Positions 26,043-36,144 of a stretch of DNA of 46,519 nucleotides are shown piece after piece (positions within the stretch are counted from its first letter, which is position 1; each line of letters opens with the position of its first letter). Source of the DNA: a virus. The DNA is taken from UHGV virus genome UHGV-0211968; one strand, given 5' to 3'. The translations under genes and the position numbers were made by a program. A model generated the notes under the pieces. It ran no database searches. It had not been told where the DNA came from and was given only the letters and a program-made list of their open reading frames with translations.

Positions 26043-26801
26043 TCAGGTGAAGTAGATGGTGTTCGCAGCCCCGGCGGGCGTCCCTATCACGAACTTCGGC
26101 ATCGAGGAGCACGCCTGTATCCTTCCGTCCGCGTCCACGTAGACAGGCTGGGTCGGGTTCCCGACCGCGGCGTTGTTCGTCGGCTTGTAGCACACGAGCC
26201 GGTTCGACGACATCGCTTTGGAAAGCAGGCGCTCCGAGACGACCGTGTAGTTCGAAAGCGGAGTGGATTCGACCCACCAGGAAGGGCCGCGCGCGTTCCG
26301 CAGGTTCCACTGCACCGTCCGGTTCTCGTTCGAGTTCGAGTGGTTCACGCACAGGCAGCAGTAGAGGTTCCCGGACGAATCCTTGACTGTGGCGAGCTTG
26401 TACTTCGCTAGCTGTGCGGGTGTCACGTGCCCTTCGACCTGAATCACCGAGTCGCTTTCGAACGAGCCCGACGCGGATATTCTCGGCGATATGAAGAGCC
26501 GCATCTGTGCCGCGCTGTTGTGGTTCGAGGCGATGAGGAAGTCCCAGCACCGCTCGTACGCGCCGCCCCCCGGAATGCTCGCCATGGCGAAGATGTACCA
26601 GGCGCCCTTCTTCACGGTCACCGCCTTGTCGTTCGAGAGCGGCAGGTTCGTCGATACGGTATTGCCGGAAATGGCTATTCCCGTCCCGGCGGAAAGCTTG
26701 TCCTGCTTGCCGTTCCATGACGCAATGTTCGCGTCGGAAATCCGGCCGTCAACTAGGTCGACGGTCTGCCCGTCCTTCGTCTGCATCTTGGATGACTGCA
26801 T
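26043..26801 (-). CDS. Tail fibre-related protein
   Basis: WNGKQDKLSAGTGIAISGN and VGNPTQPVYV fibre shaft motifs. Confidence 0.65.
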   Translation of the reverse strand: MQSSKMQTKDGQTVDLVDGRISDANIASWNGKQDKLSAGTGIAISGNTVSTNLPLSNDKAVTVKKGAWYIFAMASIPGGGAYERCWDFLIASNHNSAAQMRLFISPRISASGSFESDSVIQVEGHVTPAQLAKYKLATVKDSSGNLYCCLCVNHSNSNENRTVQWNLRNARGPSWWVESTPLSNYTVVSERLLSKAMSSNRLVCYKPTNNAAVGNPTQPVYVDADGRIQACSSMPKFVIGTPAGAANTIYFT

Positions 26802-26814
26802 AGGCTATTCCTCC

Positions 26815-28218
26815 TTACTCGAAGCAGAGAACCTGCTCCCCGTCGATTTCCTTTACCGTGAGACCCTTGGCGTCCACCGTGTCGATTCTTCCGCCGAGAG
26901 CCGTGTCGGCGTCCGCGCGAGCCGTCGCTTCGGCGTCGATTGCCGCCTTGATGCCGCCGGATGTCACCGGGTTCGTGCTTCCGGCGGTCGGCGTTTCGTC
27001 GAACGTCAGCTTTTCTTGAAGTTTAATCCAAGGTCTCCATGTCTTGAACGTGTCACTCGGAGTCTTTCTGTATGACGAACGCGCAAAGAACTGGTTATTT
27101 CCATCTATTGCTATCTGAATGGAATAGTAGTCAGAAGATGTCCATTGGATAAACCTGTAAGCTCCACGTTCAGGCTGATTTGCGAAGTCAGTACTAGATT
27201 TCTTATAGTATAGGACATTATCTGCTGGTAGATTATCGAAGTCCTTATTAGGGTCGTTGGAAATATCTGTCGGTTTCAGAACATTTGCAGCGGATACGAC
27301 GTTATTGGCGATGGTTATCAAATCACCGGCTGTCAGTTTATCCTGCTTGGCTTCTAATTCAGCCTTCGTAGCGACCCCGGTAGCCTCCTTCGCTATCCCG
27401 TTTTCCAGATATACCGGGACGGATTCGCTGCCAACCGTCTGCTTGTCCATCTTGGCGTCCCACTTGCCGACTGTGTCCGCAGTGATTCCGTCTAGCACCG
27501 CCTTGTTGCCGTGCTCGTGCACCTTGGCGACGGCGTTGGCGAGGTCAGCTTCCGTCTGCTTGTAGCTGTCGAGAAGCTCCTTGTTGGCGTGCGTGTGGTG
27601 GATGGTCGAATCCCCGGAAACCTGCGAATGGTCGTAGGCGGTCTTCCCTCGGTCGCCCCGGTACGCCGTCGTCGCCGTCTCGCCCAGCGCCAGCGACGGG
27701 GAAATCTCGATGTATTGCGTCCCCGTCCAGCGGTAGGTCAGGTTCGTGTCCTTGGCGACGTATATCTTGCCCTCCTCGCCCGTCTCCGGGAAGTCGGCCA
27801 GGCTGTCGTATTCGTCGATGTTGTCGAAGCCGCCGGGAATCTGGCTTGCCGGAATCCGTCCGCCCGCGTCGAGCGAGGCGACCCCGTTCGCCGCACCGAT
27901 ACGGCTCTCGTCGATGGGCGTGTAGCCGAGCGCGTTCGTCACGTTCTCCTTGGTGATTTCGGAGCGGATCTGCGTCGAGCTCTTGTTCTCGACGTTCGCA
28001 AGCCCCAGCTGCTCCTTGGTCACCCCGTGCGGGTTCGCCGTGTTGGCAACATGGTCGTCAATCTTCTTCTCGATGGCGTTCGCCTTGCCCAGAACCGCCG
28101 GCGAATACGGGACGTTGTTCTTCGCCCCGGAAAGCTCCGTCTCGAAGGCGTCCACCCGGCTGTCGCCGAGGTCGTGGACGGTCCCCGTCTTGTCCCTTAT
28201 CTTTTTCAGTATGCCCAT
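26815..28218 (-). CDS. Tail fibre protein
   Basis: NPHGVTKEQLGLANVEN, GAANGVASLD, KQDKLTAG and NPVTSGG fibre motifs. Internal knob-like AT-rich segment. Confidence 0.75.
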   Translation of the reverse strand: MGILKKIRDKTGTVHDLGDSRVDAFETELSGAKNNVPYSPAVLGKANAIEKKIDDHVANTANPHGVTKEQLGLANVENKSSTQIRSEITKENVTNALGYTPIDESRIGAANGVASLDAGGRIPASQIPGGFDNIDEYDSLADFPETGEEGKIYVAKDTNLTYRWTGTQYIEISPSLALGETATTAYRGDRGKTAYDHSQVSGDSTIHHTHANKELLDSYKQTEADLANAVAKVHEHGNKAVLDGITADTVGKWDAKMDKQTVGSESVPVYLENGIAKEATGVATKAELEAKQDKLTAGDLITIANNVVSAANVLKPTDISNDPNKDFDNLPADNVLYYKKSSTDFANQPERGAYRFIQWTSSDYYSIQIAIDGNNQFFARSSYRKTPSDTFKTWRPWIKLQEKLTFDETPTAGSTNPVTSGGIKAAIDAEATARADADTALGGRIDTVDAKGLTVKEIDGEQVLCFE

Positions 28219-28222
28219 TTTT

Positions 28223-28564
28223 TCAGAACCCCGTGATTACGAGCGTGTCGCCGCTCACCGTTATGTCCCTGATTTCCGACCTGGCCGCCCCGACCGCCCG
28301 CTTCACGGACAGGTCGGAATACGTCCTTTCGCCCTCGGTCACGGGCGTGATGTCCACCGTGCCGTCGGACGACCGCAGCCCGGCGGACGCCGTCGCCGTT
28401 TCCTTTTCCACGTATTCGCCCACCGGGTCCGCGAACGCCGCCGCCAGGTTTTCCATGGCCTCCTTGCGTCCGGCGTCTCCGGGCGCGGAGATTTCCGTGT
28501 TTTTCCGTCCCGCCTTGACCAGCTCCTCGGCGAGGCTCTTCCTGAAGTCGTCCTTCGCCGTCAT
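28223..28564 (-). CDS. Hypothetical structural protein
   Basis: ATGA-coupled, GGAGG RBS, 113 aa. Confidence 0.6.
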   Translation of the reverse strand: MTAKDDFRKSLAEELVKAGRKNTEISAPGDAGRKEAMENLAAAFADPVGEYVEKETATASAGLRSSDGTVDITPVTEGERTYSDLSVKRAVGAARSEIRDITVSGDTLVITGF

Positions 28565-29112
28565 GCGCCCTCCCTGTCCTCGTCCCTGGCCGCCGCGAGG
28601 ATTTTCTTCCCGTCCGCGGTCGCGAGGAACGCGCCGTCCGACGCCGAAAGCGCCGCCCCGGGCAATCCCAGCACACCCGCCGGGGCGAGCCTCCGGACCT
28701 GCTTCCGCAGGAGCTGACGCCCGCCAGGCGTATAGACGAAAAACGTCGCCGGGCACTCGTCCGTGTATTGAGGCGCGGGGTCGCCGGAAAGGTCCGAGGC
28801 GTTGGAAATTACGTTGTCGGGCGTTCCGGCATTGTTTACCTTGGCGAGGGCGAGAAGCCGCACCCGATAGTCGTCGTCCGTCTCGCCGGACTGTCTTGCC
28901 GACCCGACGATCTTTCCCAGCACGTCGAGCCATTCGCCGGAAGCGGTCCCGATGTCTGCAATGCCCTGAAGCGCAAAGGCGGCATCCTCGGCTGGCTGCA
29001 TCGCCTCGCCGACCGCCGCGCGTATCATCCCTAGCAGGTTCTGGCTTGAGCGGTACTGCTCAAGCACATGCCCCCGGACAGTCTCCCAGAGAATCCTTCT
29101 CGAAACCGCCAT
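28561..29112 (-). CDS. Baseplate wedge protein (DUF2612-like)
   Basis: EQYRSS, TASGEWLDVLGKIVG, DDDYR. Confidence 0.75.
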   Translation of the reverse strand: MAVSRRILWETVRGHVLEQYRSSQNLLGMIRAAVGEAMQPAEDAAFALQGIADIGTASGEWLDVLGKIVGSARQSGETDDDYRVRLLALAKVNNAGTPDNVISNASDLSGDPAPQYTDECPATFFVYTPGGRQLLRKQVRRLAPAGVLGLPGAALSASDGAFLATADGKKILAAARDEDREGA

Positions 29113-29115
29113 ACG

Positions 29116-30030
29116 TCAGGACCTCGATACCACGATGTTTTCTTTCGGGAAGGACGCATATTTTGAAGCGGAAACGGGAATACGGTCGGAAGTCCATCCC
29201 GTGTTCCCGTCCGCGGAAATTTCCACGGTCACAGTGTCGATTCCCGGCACTCGATAGACCGCCTGGACGAACCGCTGCGGGATGATGTCCTTACCGGGCG
29301 TGAATTCTCCAAGCGCCCACTCGGCGACGCTTTCCGCAACGCGGTCCGCATAGTCCTGCGGCAACGTCTCCTCCTCGTATTCGGCAATTACGATGCGGGC
29401 GTAGTATGCGGACGTCGAGCCGATGCGCGTAAACTTCACCACGTGGGTGTTCCCGGCAATATCCGTTGCCGTACCCTCGGAGCTTCCGAAAGTCCGAATC
29501 CCGGCGGGCTTGCAATCCCATATTGCCTGTGCGATATCGCCATCCGGGACGGATTCCAGCGAATCGGGGACATAGACGGACACCGAGTGTCCAGGAATAC
29601 CCTCCGCATCCACATAGGGTTCTTCGTTCGCCGAAAGCGATACCGCCGCGCCGATTTTCTTGCGCAGGTATGTCAGCATCCCGTCGTATGTCGCAAGGCC
29701 TGTCTGGTCCGCGGAAAGCAGCCGGGATCGGTACACCTCGTCCGACTCGCCGTCCCTCCGGGAAATCCCCATCAGGCATCCCAGGCTGTCAAGAAAAGTC
29801 CCCTCCGCACTGGAAACGTCGAGCGCCGAGGCGGCGCCCTGTATGGCCTCCGCGACATCGCTGTACGAATACGCGAAAAGGTCGAGCAGCTGTCCGTCCG
29901 GAGAACTGGGCGAAAGATCGATATCCTTGCCGAAAATTTCAGTGAACTTTTCTACCAGCGCTTTCCGTATTTCCCGGAAACTCTTGATCGAAATTCCGCT
30001 CCCGTCGATCGTCAATGCCGAAACGGCCAT
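29116..30030 (-). CDS. Baseplate J-like protein
   Basis: SPDGQL, AEGTFLD, GESDEVYRSR, IAQAIWDCKPAGI. Confidence 0.85.
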   Translation of the reverse strand: MAVSALTIDGSGISIKSFREIRKALVEKFTEIFGKDIDLSPSSPDGQLLDLFAYSYSDVAEAIQGAASALDVSSAEGTFLDSLGCLMGISRRDGESDEVYRSRLLSADQTGLATYDGMLTYLRKKIGAAVSLSANEEPYVDAEGIPGHSVSVYVPDSLESVPDGDIAQAIWDCKPAGIRTFGSSEGTATDIAGNTHVVKFTRIGSTSAYYARIVIAEYEEETLPQDYADRVAESVAEWALGEFTPGKDIIPQRFVQAVYRVPGIDTVTVEISADGNTGWTSDRIPVSASKYASFPKENIVVSRS

Positions 30031-30396
30031 CTAGAAATCCCCCTTTGCGATCGTCCCGTCGGACGTCTGTACGGAAAAGGAGCCGCCCAGGTTTCGCCCG
30101 TCGGCCCGTAGCGTCACCTTGACGACCTTTTTCACCTCGCGCAGCGAGGCGAGCTTTTCGCGGACGATCCGCGCGGCCACGTCCAGGTGCTGGACGGGAA
30201 GCCCGAGAATCTTGCCGAACCAAGGAACCCCGTGCGTCCCGTCGATAAAGGATTCGCCCTCTTCCGTACGGAGGAGGCACAGGCAGAGCTGCCCGGTACG
30301 CTCCCGGACGGTCTCACGCCCGGAATCCCGGAAACGGGCTATCGAGTTCCCGGAAAGGGAAACGTCGTGTCTTTCGTCAAGCCGCATCTCGTTCAT
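30031..30396 (-). CDS. Baseplate wedge/sheath initiator (gp25/gp46-like)
   Basis: L.TEEGESFIDGTHGVPW motif. Position between spike and J. Confidence 0.7.
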   Translation of the reverse strand: MNEMRLDERHDVSLSGNSIARFRDSGRETVRERTGQLCLCLLRTEEGESFIDGTHGVPWFGKILGLPVQHLDVAARIVREKLASLREVKKVVKVTLRADGRNLGGSFSVQTSDGTIAKGDF

Positions 30397-30487
30397 CTGG
30401 ATAAAATTACGCCCGGAAAGTGCCTGGACGGCGTCCGCTATAGCAGACTGTCGAAGACGCTCCAACATGTCAGCCGCCCGACCGCGA

Positions 30488-31114
30488 CTAGCCCTTGCCC
30501 GGATCGGAAGGACCGACGGCGGTCATGTGCGTATGCGTCGAAAGGTTCACGGCTAGCGTCTCCGCGTTCGCCGTCACCTCGCCACCGGCCTTCACCCCCT
30601 TGCCGACTTCCAGTTCCCCGGAAATCTTCACGTTCCCGGCATCGATTTCCACGGATTCGCATTCGATCTTGACTGTCCCGTCCCTTTTCACGGTGATGGT
30701 CGTCGTCCGTCTTTTCCTGCTGCCCATCGTGAGTGGAATTGCCACCAGGTCGTTCAGGTCGTTGCCGGAAAAGGACTTCGGCGTGAACGGGCCGCTTTCC
30801 TCGCCCCCGGAGACCCATTCGCGTATGTCCCGGCTCGACGCCACGAGGAGGAGAGGGTCGCCTTCCGCGAGCTCGAACCTGGCCACGGCCGTGGCTGTCC
30901 CCGGCCAGAGAACGGGCACGCCCTCCACCGGGAGCGGTCTACCGTCCTTCCCGTCCGGCTCTACCTGCATGTTCTTGAGCACATTCCGCACCGAGGGCGT
31001 CACGTCCACCGTACCGTCGGCGTTCACCCTGCGAACGACGCCCGGGAACGCCGTCTCGAACCCTTCCATCCTCGAATCGAAGAAGCTGTCGAAAAGCCCC
31101 GCGAAACCGCTCAT
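30488..31114 (-). CDS. Baseplate central spike (Gp138-like)
   Basis: N-terminal OB-like VDVTP and VPVLWP. C-terminal HTH iron-binding motif (STHTH). Confidence 0.8.
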   Translation of the reverse strand: MSGFAGLFDSFFDSRMEGFETAFPGVVRRVNADGTVDVTPSVRNVLKNMQVEPDGKDGRPLPVEGVPVLWPGTATAVARFELAEGDPLLLVASSRDIREWVSGGEESGPFTPKSFSGNDLNDLVAIPLTMGSRKRRTTTITVKRDGTVKIECESVEIDAGNVKISGELEVGKGVKAGGEVTANAETLAVNLSTHTHMTAVGPSDPGKG

Positions 31115-32124
31115 GCGCCGCCCCCCTTGAACGGCGCCTCGCGCGCCTCGAACTCCACGCTAAAGTCGCTCCCGACGTTGCCGCCCGTGTAGCGGCACTC
31201 CGTCACCAGGAACCGCCCCGTGACGGCAAGGACGGAATCGTAGCCGTCGCCCGTCCGGGAATCCACCATGGCGAAACAGTTCGGGACCATGGCCGGGTTC
31301 ATCAGGCAGCGGCCCCTTATCTTCCGCACCCTGTCGATGTTCCTCGACGGCCTTTCCTTCGGGTCTGGGCATTCCTGGTCGCTCCCGGAAAGAAGGTAGT
31401 AGGCCGGGTCGTCGGCGAAGTTCACCCGGTTCAGCCGTTCGTCCCTTTCCTCCCGGCATTCCAGAAGGCCGTGAGCCCGGTCTAGCGACACGTGTTCCAG
31501 GGCTATCGTGTTGTCGAGGCCGAAGAGGATCAGCTCGTTGTTGTCGAGATAGAGCTTCACGCGATGGAACGGGAAGAGGATTACCTCGGTGAAATCCCTT
31601 ATCACGTCGGTAAAGGTCCCGGAATGCCTGTACGGACATTCCAGCCTGGCATCGAGCAGGTCCGCGTTCCCGGCCCGCAGCACTATCCCGGCGTAGTCGC
31701 AAAGCGAGGCGAGGCATTGCCGGACTGTCGAGCCCTTCGAAAACGCGAACGCGCAGTGCAGCCTGGCGAGCTGGTAGTATGCACCCCGGGAGGAAAGGCA
31801 TGTCAATGTCAGGGAAACGTCCCCGTTCTCGCGTCGCGGGACGGCGAGCGCTATCTGGCCGACGAAAATATTCCCCGGGCCGCCCTCGTCGTCGTAGCCC
31901 GCCTTGAGGATTACCGAATTTCCCTCGCCCATCAGCGAGGCGACCGTGGACGGAGACGGGTTGTGCACGGTGATCGTCGCCTCGTTATCGTACCACTCGA
32001 CCGAACGCGTCACGTCGAACTCGATGTCGAGCGCGGAAAGGTCGAGAGCCTCCTTTCCGCCGTCCGTGACGTTCCCCTTCTCGAAGTTCCCAGCATAGAG
32101 CCTCACGGCGCGTCCGAAAGCCAT
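31111..32124 (-). CDS. Baseplate hub protein
   Basis: IEFDV, NEATITVHN, LKAGY, IFVGQI, CLMNP. Confidence 0.75.
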   Translation of the reverse strand: MAFGRAVRLYAGNFEKGNVTDGGKEALDLSALDIEFDVTRSVEWYDNEATITVHNPSPSTVASLMGEGNSVILKAGYDDEGGPGNIFVGQIALAVPRRENGDVSLTLTCLSSRGAYYQLARLHCAFAFSKGSTVRQCLASLCDYAGIVLRAGNADLLDARLECPYRHSGTFTDVIRDFTEVILFPFHRVKLYLDNNELILFGLDNTIALEHVSLDRAHGLLECREERDERLNRVNFADDPAYYLLSGSDQECPDPKERPSRNIDRVRKIRGRCLMNPAMVPNCFAMVDSRTGDGYDSVLAVTGRFLVTECRYTGGNVGSDFSVEFEAREAPFKGGGA

Positions 32125-32127
32125 TCG

Positions 32128-32493
32128 TCAGACCCCCATTCCCGGATATGTCCCGAGCACCGCCGCCGCGAGCGTTTCCGCCTCCTCTTGGGTCGCGTAT
32201 CCGAGCGAGAACGCCGTCCCGAGCGTCCCGAATCCGAGCGTCGCGTCCGTGCCGGAAGCGGCCGGAACGATTACCAGGTCGCCGCCCGGAAGGCAGCGGT
32301 TTTTCGTCCCGAGCAGCGGGGTGAAAGGGACAAGCCTGATTCCCGAGTTCTTCCCGTCAGCGCTCTCGAAGTCCGCGAACCAGTGGCCGTCCCGGCCGTT
32401 CCAGAGGAACCGCATGGCTAGCGACACGCCGCCGACGTTCGCCGTCTGCGTGAAGTGGGCGTTCCCGCCCGTCTCTATGGGAATTTCGAGCAT
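32128..32493 (-). CDS. Baseplate plug-like protein
   Basis: MLEIPI, RFLWNGRDGHW, GIRLV. Confidence 0.7.
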   Translation of the reverse strand: MLEIPIETGGNAHFTQTANVGGVSLAMRFLWNGRDGHWFADFESADGKNSGIRLVPFTPLLGTKNRCLPGGDLVIVPAASGTDATLGFGTLGTAFSLGYATQEEAETLAAAVLGTYPGMGV

Positions 32494-32497
32494 GATG

Positions 32498-33214
32498 TTA
32501 TGCCCCCGTGAAAGTGTTCCTGGACAGGGCAGCCTCCATGCGCCTTGCCGCATCGGCGGCGGATTTTTCCGTCGCCGACTTCTTCCCGTTCTTTTTTTGC
32601 TTCGACATCTTCTTCCCGGCGTCCGTAGCCTGCGACTTCGGCTCTGGCGGTTCCCACACGCCGTCCACGTAGCGCGTTTCAAGCTTCGCCGTACGGATTT
32701 CCCGCAGGCGCATCCTGAAGCGGACCGATTCTCCGTCGTCCGGGCCGCGGTCGAACGAAAGCTCCTCGACGAGCATCTCGTCATAGACCTCCAGCGCGGT
32801 CACCAGCCGAACGGGTTCGCGTCTGCGGGCGATTTCCTTGAGCCGGGCTAGCCTGTCGTCGCGAGAAACGTTCGTCACGGCGGAACGCCCTTCCAGCTCG
32901 ATTTCGTCCGCCTCCTCGAGGATTTCGCCATCCCGGACATAGGCGGAAGCGTCGCCTACAGGGTGGTTCGTGAAGAAGCCTGTCACCTCGACGGACCGCA
33001 GCCGCTCCTGCACATGGTCGCTGATGGTGGCACCGTTTTCTACGGCGTGATCGGAGATGTCGAACTCGATGCGGTGGCTCTCGTCTATCAGCAGGTCGAA
33101 GGGGAGTTCCGAAAGCCCGAAGCGCTCGTCCCGGAAGAAGAGCGACGACTGGACGATGCGGGGCGGGTTGTCCTCGCGCGTCGTGTCGAAGGCCCTGTCG
33201 AGCCAGCCTATCAT
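32498..33214 (-). CDS. Dit-like/tube-initiator protein
   Basis: ESH, ISDHAVENGATISDHV, LVTALEVY, LREIR. Confidence 0.75.
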   Translation of the reverse strand: MIGWLDRAFDTTREDNPPRIVQSSLFFRDERFGLSELPFDLLIDESHRIEFDISDHAVENGATISDHVQERLRSVEVTGFFTNHPVGDASAYVRDGEILEEADEIELEGRSAVTNVSRDDRLARLKEIARRREPVRLVTALEVYDEMLVEELSFDRGPDDGESVRFRMRLREIRTAKLETRYVDGVWEPPEPKSQATDAGKKMSKQKKNGKKSATEKSAADAARRMEAALSRNTFTGA

Positions 33215-35052
33215 ACCGCCGCCCCCTTCATGATGTCGGAACCCGCGCGTATCGTGAGGGCGCTCTCGGCAAGCGCGCGGATGTTCTCCTTGACCAGCCG
33301 TCCGAAGTCGTCGAACGACGTGGAAATGTTGTTCGTCTGCCGGATGTTGATGACCGGCCTCGCGTTTTTCGCCCCCGCCGCGGCCTCCCTTTCCGGCGCG
33401 GGCCTTTCCGCCCAGCCGAGTTCCTTCATGATTTCGGCGGAGAGGCCGGAATGCCCGCCGTCTCGGACCTTTTCCGCCGCGGCCCTGTATTCGGCGAATG
33501 CCTCGGAGACCATGCGCGTGGCGTTCGGATCCTTGCCGTAGGCGTCGGCGGCGAGCTTCATCGCATCCTTCCATTTCTTCCGCCTGTCGTTGAGCGTCGT
33601 CCGGTAGGCCTCCCCGGCGGCGAGATTCTGCCTCATGTCGCGTTCCTTCCCCTTCTGCCTGTAAAGCTCGACCGCGGCGTCGCCCAGTTCCAGCACCTGC
33701 CCGATCCCCCAGGCTATCGCGCCCCACATCCCCGCCCTGGCGAGGCCGGAGAGCGACCCCTTGAGGCCGTCCAGCGCCCCGGCGAGCGACTTCGCGTCCG
33801 CAGCCATGCCACCGTTCGCACGCAGCGCCTTCAGGGCGACGGCGAAACCGCCGACCGCCACGGGCATCCTCGTGAGCAGTTCGAGAAGCCGCGCGAACGC
33901 CTCGATCGTGTTCCCGATCGCCCCCGCATGGTCCGCAAGCGCATCGACAAGGTTCCCGGCTGCCTTGCCGAACGAGAGGAACACGCGCTCCAGCTGCGGC
34001 ATCCTTTCGGAAATCTTTTCCGCGAGATTCGCCATCACGGGCTGGAGTCTCCGTCCGACTTCCTCCCGGAGGTCGCCGACGGCGTTCTTTGTCTGGATGA
34101 TTTTCCCCTCGTCGGTTTTGGCGAACGCCTCCGCCATCCCCCGGTAGTCGGCGATGGCGCGTTCCAGCGCGGCGAGGCGTTCCGCATCCGTCACGCTCCC
34201 GCCCTTCTTTTCTCGCTCGTCGAGCGCCTTCAGCTCGTCGACGTCGAATCCCTTCATGCGGAGGCTGTCGTAGGCGCCAAACATCGCCTTGCCGAGGCCC
34301 GTCGCGAGGTCGGTCATCTGCCTGGAGTCCAGCTCCGTGTTGCCGGTCATCCCGGCGGCGTAGTCCGCGAGCGTCCCCATCATCCGCTTGAGAAGCTCCG
34401 GGTCCTTGACGTAGGTGGAAAGCTCCGCCGCCCCCGCTATCATCGCCTCGTCTCCGTAGATTGTCCTGCCCTGGAGATCGCCTGCGCGGTCACGGATTCC
34501 GCGGAACACGTCCTCGCCCATGCCGGAGTTCGCGAGGATCTGCCTCGCCGAGGTCTCCGCGCGCTTCTGCACGTTGTAGGCGCTTATGGACCCGGACGCG
34601 AACGACTTGAGCGCCCCTATCGACAGGGCGCCCCCGACGATGCCCGGCACCATCGATCCGAGCGTAGCCATCCCGCCGGCCCTGGCGACCCCTCCCTGCG
34701 CAGCAACCGTGGCGGCGACGCCGGATGAAGGGACGCGCAGTTTCGCGAGGCGTAGCGAGAACAGCTCCACGCTGCGGGAAGCCGTGTCGAGGGCGACGGC
34801 AAGGGCGGAGGCGCTCTTCGCCGCGTGCCGCTGCTCCTTCAGGACGATCGCCGACACGGCGGTTCCGCCGGAAGCGCGCGAAACGCCCCCGGCGAAACCG
34901 GAGAGCCCCCTCTCGAAACCCGCGGAAATGTTCAGCCTGGCTGAACGCCTCAGGTCGGCGAGCCGCCGCTCGATTTTCCCGAACGCGCGCTCGACCTCCG
35001 AATCGTCCACCCGGAAGCTCACCTTCTGGACGAATGAATTCTCGTCAGCCAT
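33211..35052 (-). CDS. Tape measure protein
   Basis: 613 aa, Ala/Gly-rich helical protein after the chaperones. Confidence 0.85.
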   Translation of the reverse strand: MADENSFVQKVSFRVDDSEVERAFGKIERRLADLRRSARLNISAGFERGLSGFAGGVSRASGGTAVSAIVLKEQRHAAKSASALAVALDTASRSVELFSLRLAKLRVPSSGVAATVAAQGGVARAGGMATLGSMVPGIVGGALSIGALKSFASGSISAYNVQKRAETSARQILANSGMGEDVFRGIRDRAGDLQGRTIYGDEAMIAGAAELSTYVKDPELLKRMMGTLADYAAGMTGNTELDSRQMTDLATGLGKAMFGAYDSLRMKGFDVDELKALDEREKKGGSVTDAERLAALERAIADYRGMAEAFAKTDEGKIIQTKNAVGDLREEVGRRLQPVMANLAEKISERMPQLERVFLSFGKAAGNLVDALADHAGAIGNTIEAFARLLELLTRMPVAVGGFAVALKALRANGGMAADAKSLAGALDGLKGSLSGLARAGMWGAIAWGIGQVLELGDAAVELYRQKGKERDMRQNLAAGEAYRTTLNDRRKKWKDAMKLAADAYGKDPNATRMVSEAFAEYRAAAEKVRDGGHSGLSAEIMKELGWAERPAPEREAAAGAKNARPVINIRQTNNISTSFDDFGRLVKENIRALAESALTIRAGSDIMKGAAV

Positions 35053-35281
35053 CGTCTCGTCTCCTTTCGTAGAACTTGCGCCATGCGCTCGCATAGTCGC
35101 CGCACATGCGCCTATAGGCCGTGAACGCGCATATCCACTCCCACGTCCATTCCGCCTCGATGTCGGAGAGCGGGACGCGGGCCTCGTTCACGATTCTCCA
35201 TATCGCGGCATAGTCGGAAGCGGCTCCGGAAAGCGTACCCACATGGCCAAGCGCTTCCACGTCCGCCTCGTCCTCGCCCAT
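35045..35281 (-). CDS. Tail assembly chaperone, frameshifted C-terminal extension
   Basis: Open -1 frame continues from slippery C CCT TTC (35353-35347) into this ORF. Confidence 0.7.
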   Translation of the reverse strand: MGEDEADVEALGHVGTLSGAASDYAAIWRIVNEARVPLSDIEAEWTWEWICAFTAYRRMCGDYASAWRKFYERRRDDG

Positions 35282-35289
35282 GAAGTCCG

Positions 35290-35715
35290 CTACGTATCGG
35301 TTCGTCCCGTCCCGTTCCCATCCGTCCCCGTCTCCGGGGACATCTCGAAAGGGAGCATCTTCTCAAGGCTCCATACCTGGAACATCAGCTCGTACATTCC
35401 AGCCCAGCGCCCGTCGAAATGCTCCGCCACGGCGTCCATGTCCCGCAGCGACAGATTCTTCTTCCCGGGCGTCACGACGGTGACATGGGAGAGGGTCGTC
35501 CCGGCGAGCCACCTGAACTCGTCCTCGCCGATTTCCGAGAAGGCGCTGGCGATGGCGGAAAACCCGGCGGAACCTGGGTTTGCCTTGCTGTCGAAGGCGG
35601 CGACGATGTGGCCCACCGCGCCGTTCACCTTGCGGTAGAGGTTCACCGCCTCGAACCCGGTATGCGGCAGGAGCTGGTAGTCCTCGCCGGAGAGCGAAAA
35701 GTTCACGGGCTTCAT
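35290..35715 (-). CDS. Tail assembly chaperone
   Basis: Between tube and tape measure. Contains the slippery heptamer. Confidence 0.8.
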   Translation of the reverse strand: MKPVNFSLSGEDYQLLPHTGFEAVNLYRKVNGAVGHIVAAFDSKANPGSAGFSAIASAFSEIGEDEFRWLAGTTLSHVTVVTPGKKNLSLRDMDAVAEHFDGRWAGMYELMFQVWSLEKMLPFEMSPETGTDGNGTGRTDT

Positions 35716-35718
35716 GGA

Positions 35719-36132
35719 TTACGCCCCCTCGAAGGCGGCCTCGGCCTTCACGGAGAGGACGATGTTCCGGGCGACGGTCTGCCGCCCCTTGGTCGCCGTG
35801 CCCATCGTCTCGACCCAGGCCTGGCCCATCAGCACGTAGGCGCCGTTGAGGTCCACGACGGCGAACGGGAAAGGCCCTGCCGCGGTCCGGTTATCGGATA
35901 CGCGGAGCGCCTCGATGGCGTTGATCTGGAGGCTCGTCTGCATCATCGGGAGCGTGACTCGGTATAGGTTGCGAACCATGCGCGAACGTTCGATGGCCCC
36001 GTTCGAGCCCTCGACGGTCTCGAAATCGTTGCCTTCCTTCTCGATAGTCACGTCGCCGTTGAAGTCGGTAAGGGAAATCCCGTTGAGCGAGATGTTCACC
36101 TTGGTATGGTCGTAAGTCCTGAACATCGACAT
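35719..36132 (-). CDS. Tail tube protein (DUF3277-like)
   Basis: TYD, VTLPMMQTS, FPFAVVDLNG. Follows the sheath. Confidence 0.8.
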   Translation of the reverse strand: MSMFRTYDHTKVNISLNGISLTDFNGDVTIEKEGNDFETVEGSNGAIERSRMVRNLYRVTLPMMQTSLQINAIEALRVSDNRTAAGPFPFAVVDLNGAYVLMGQAWVETMGTATKGRQTVARNIVLSVKAEAAFEGA

Positions 36133-36144
36133 CTTGAATCCTCC

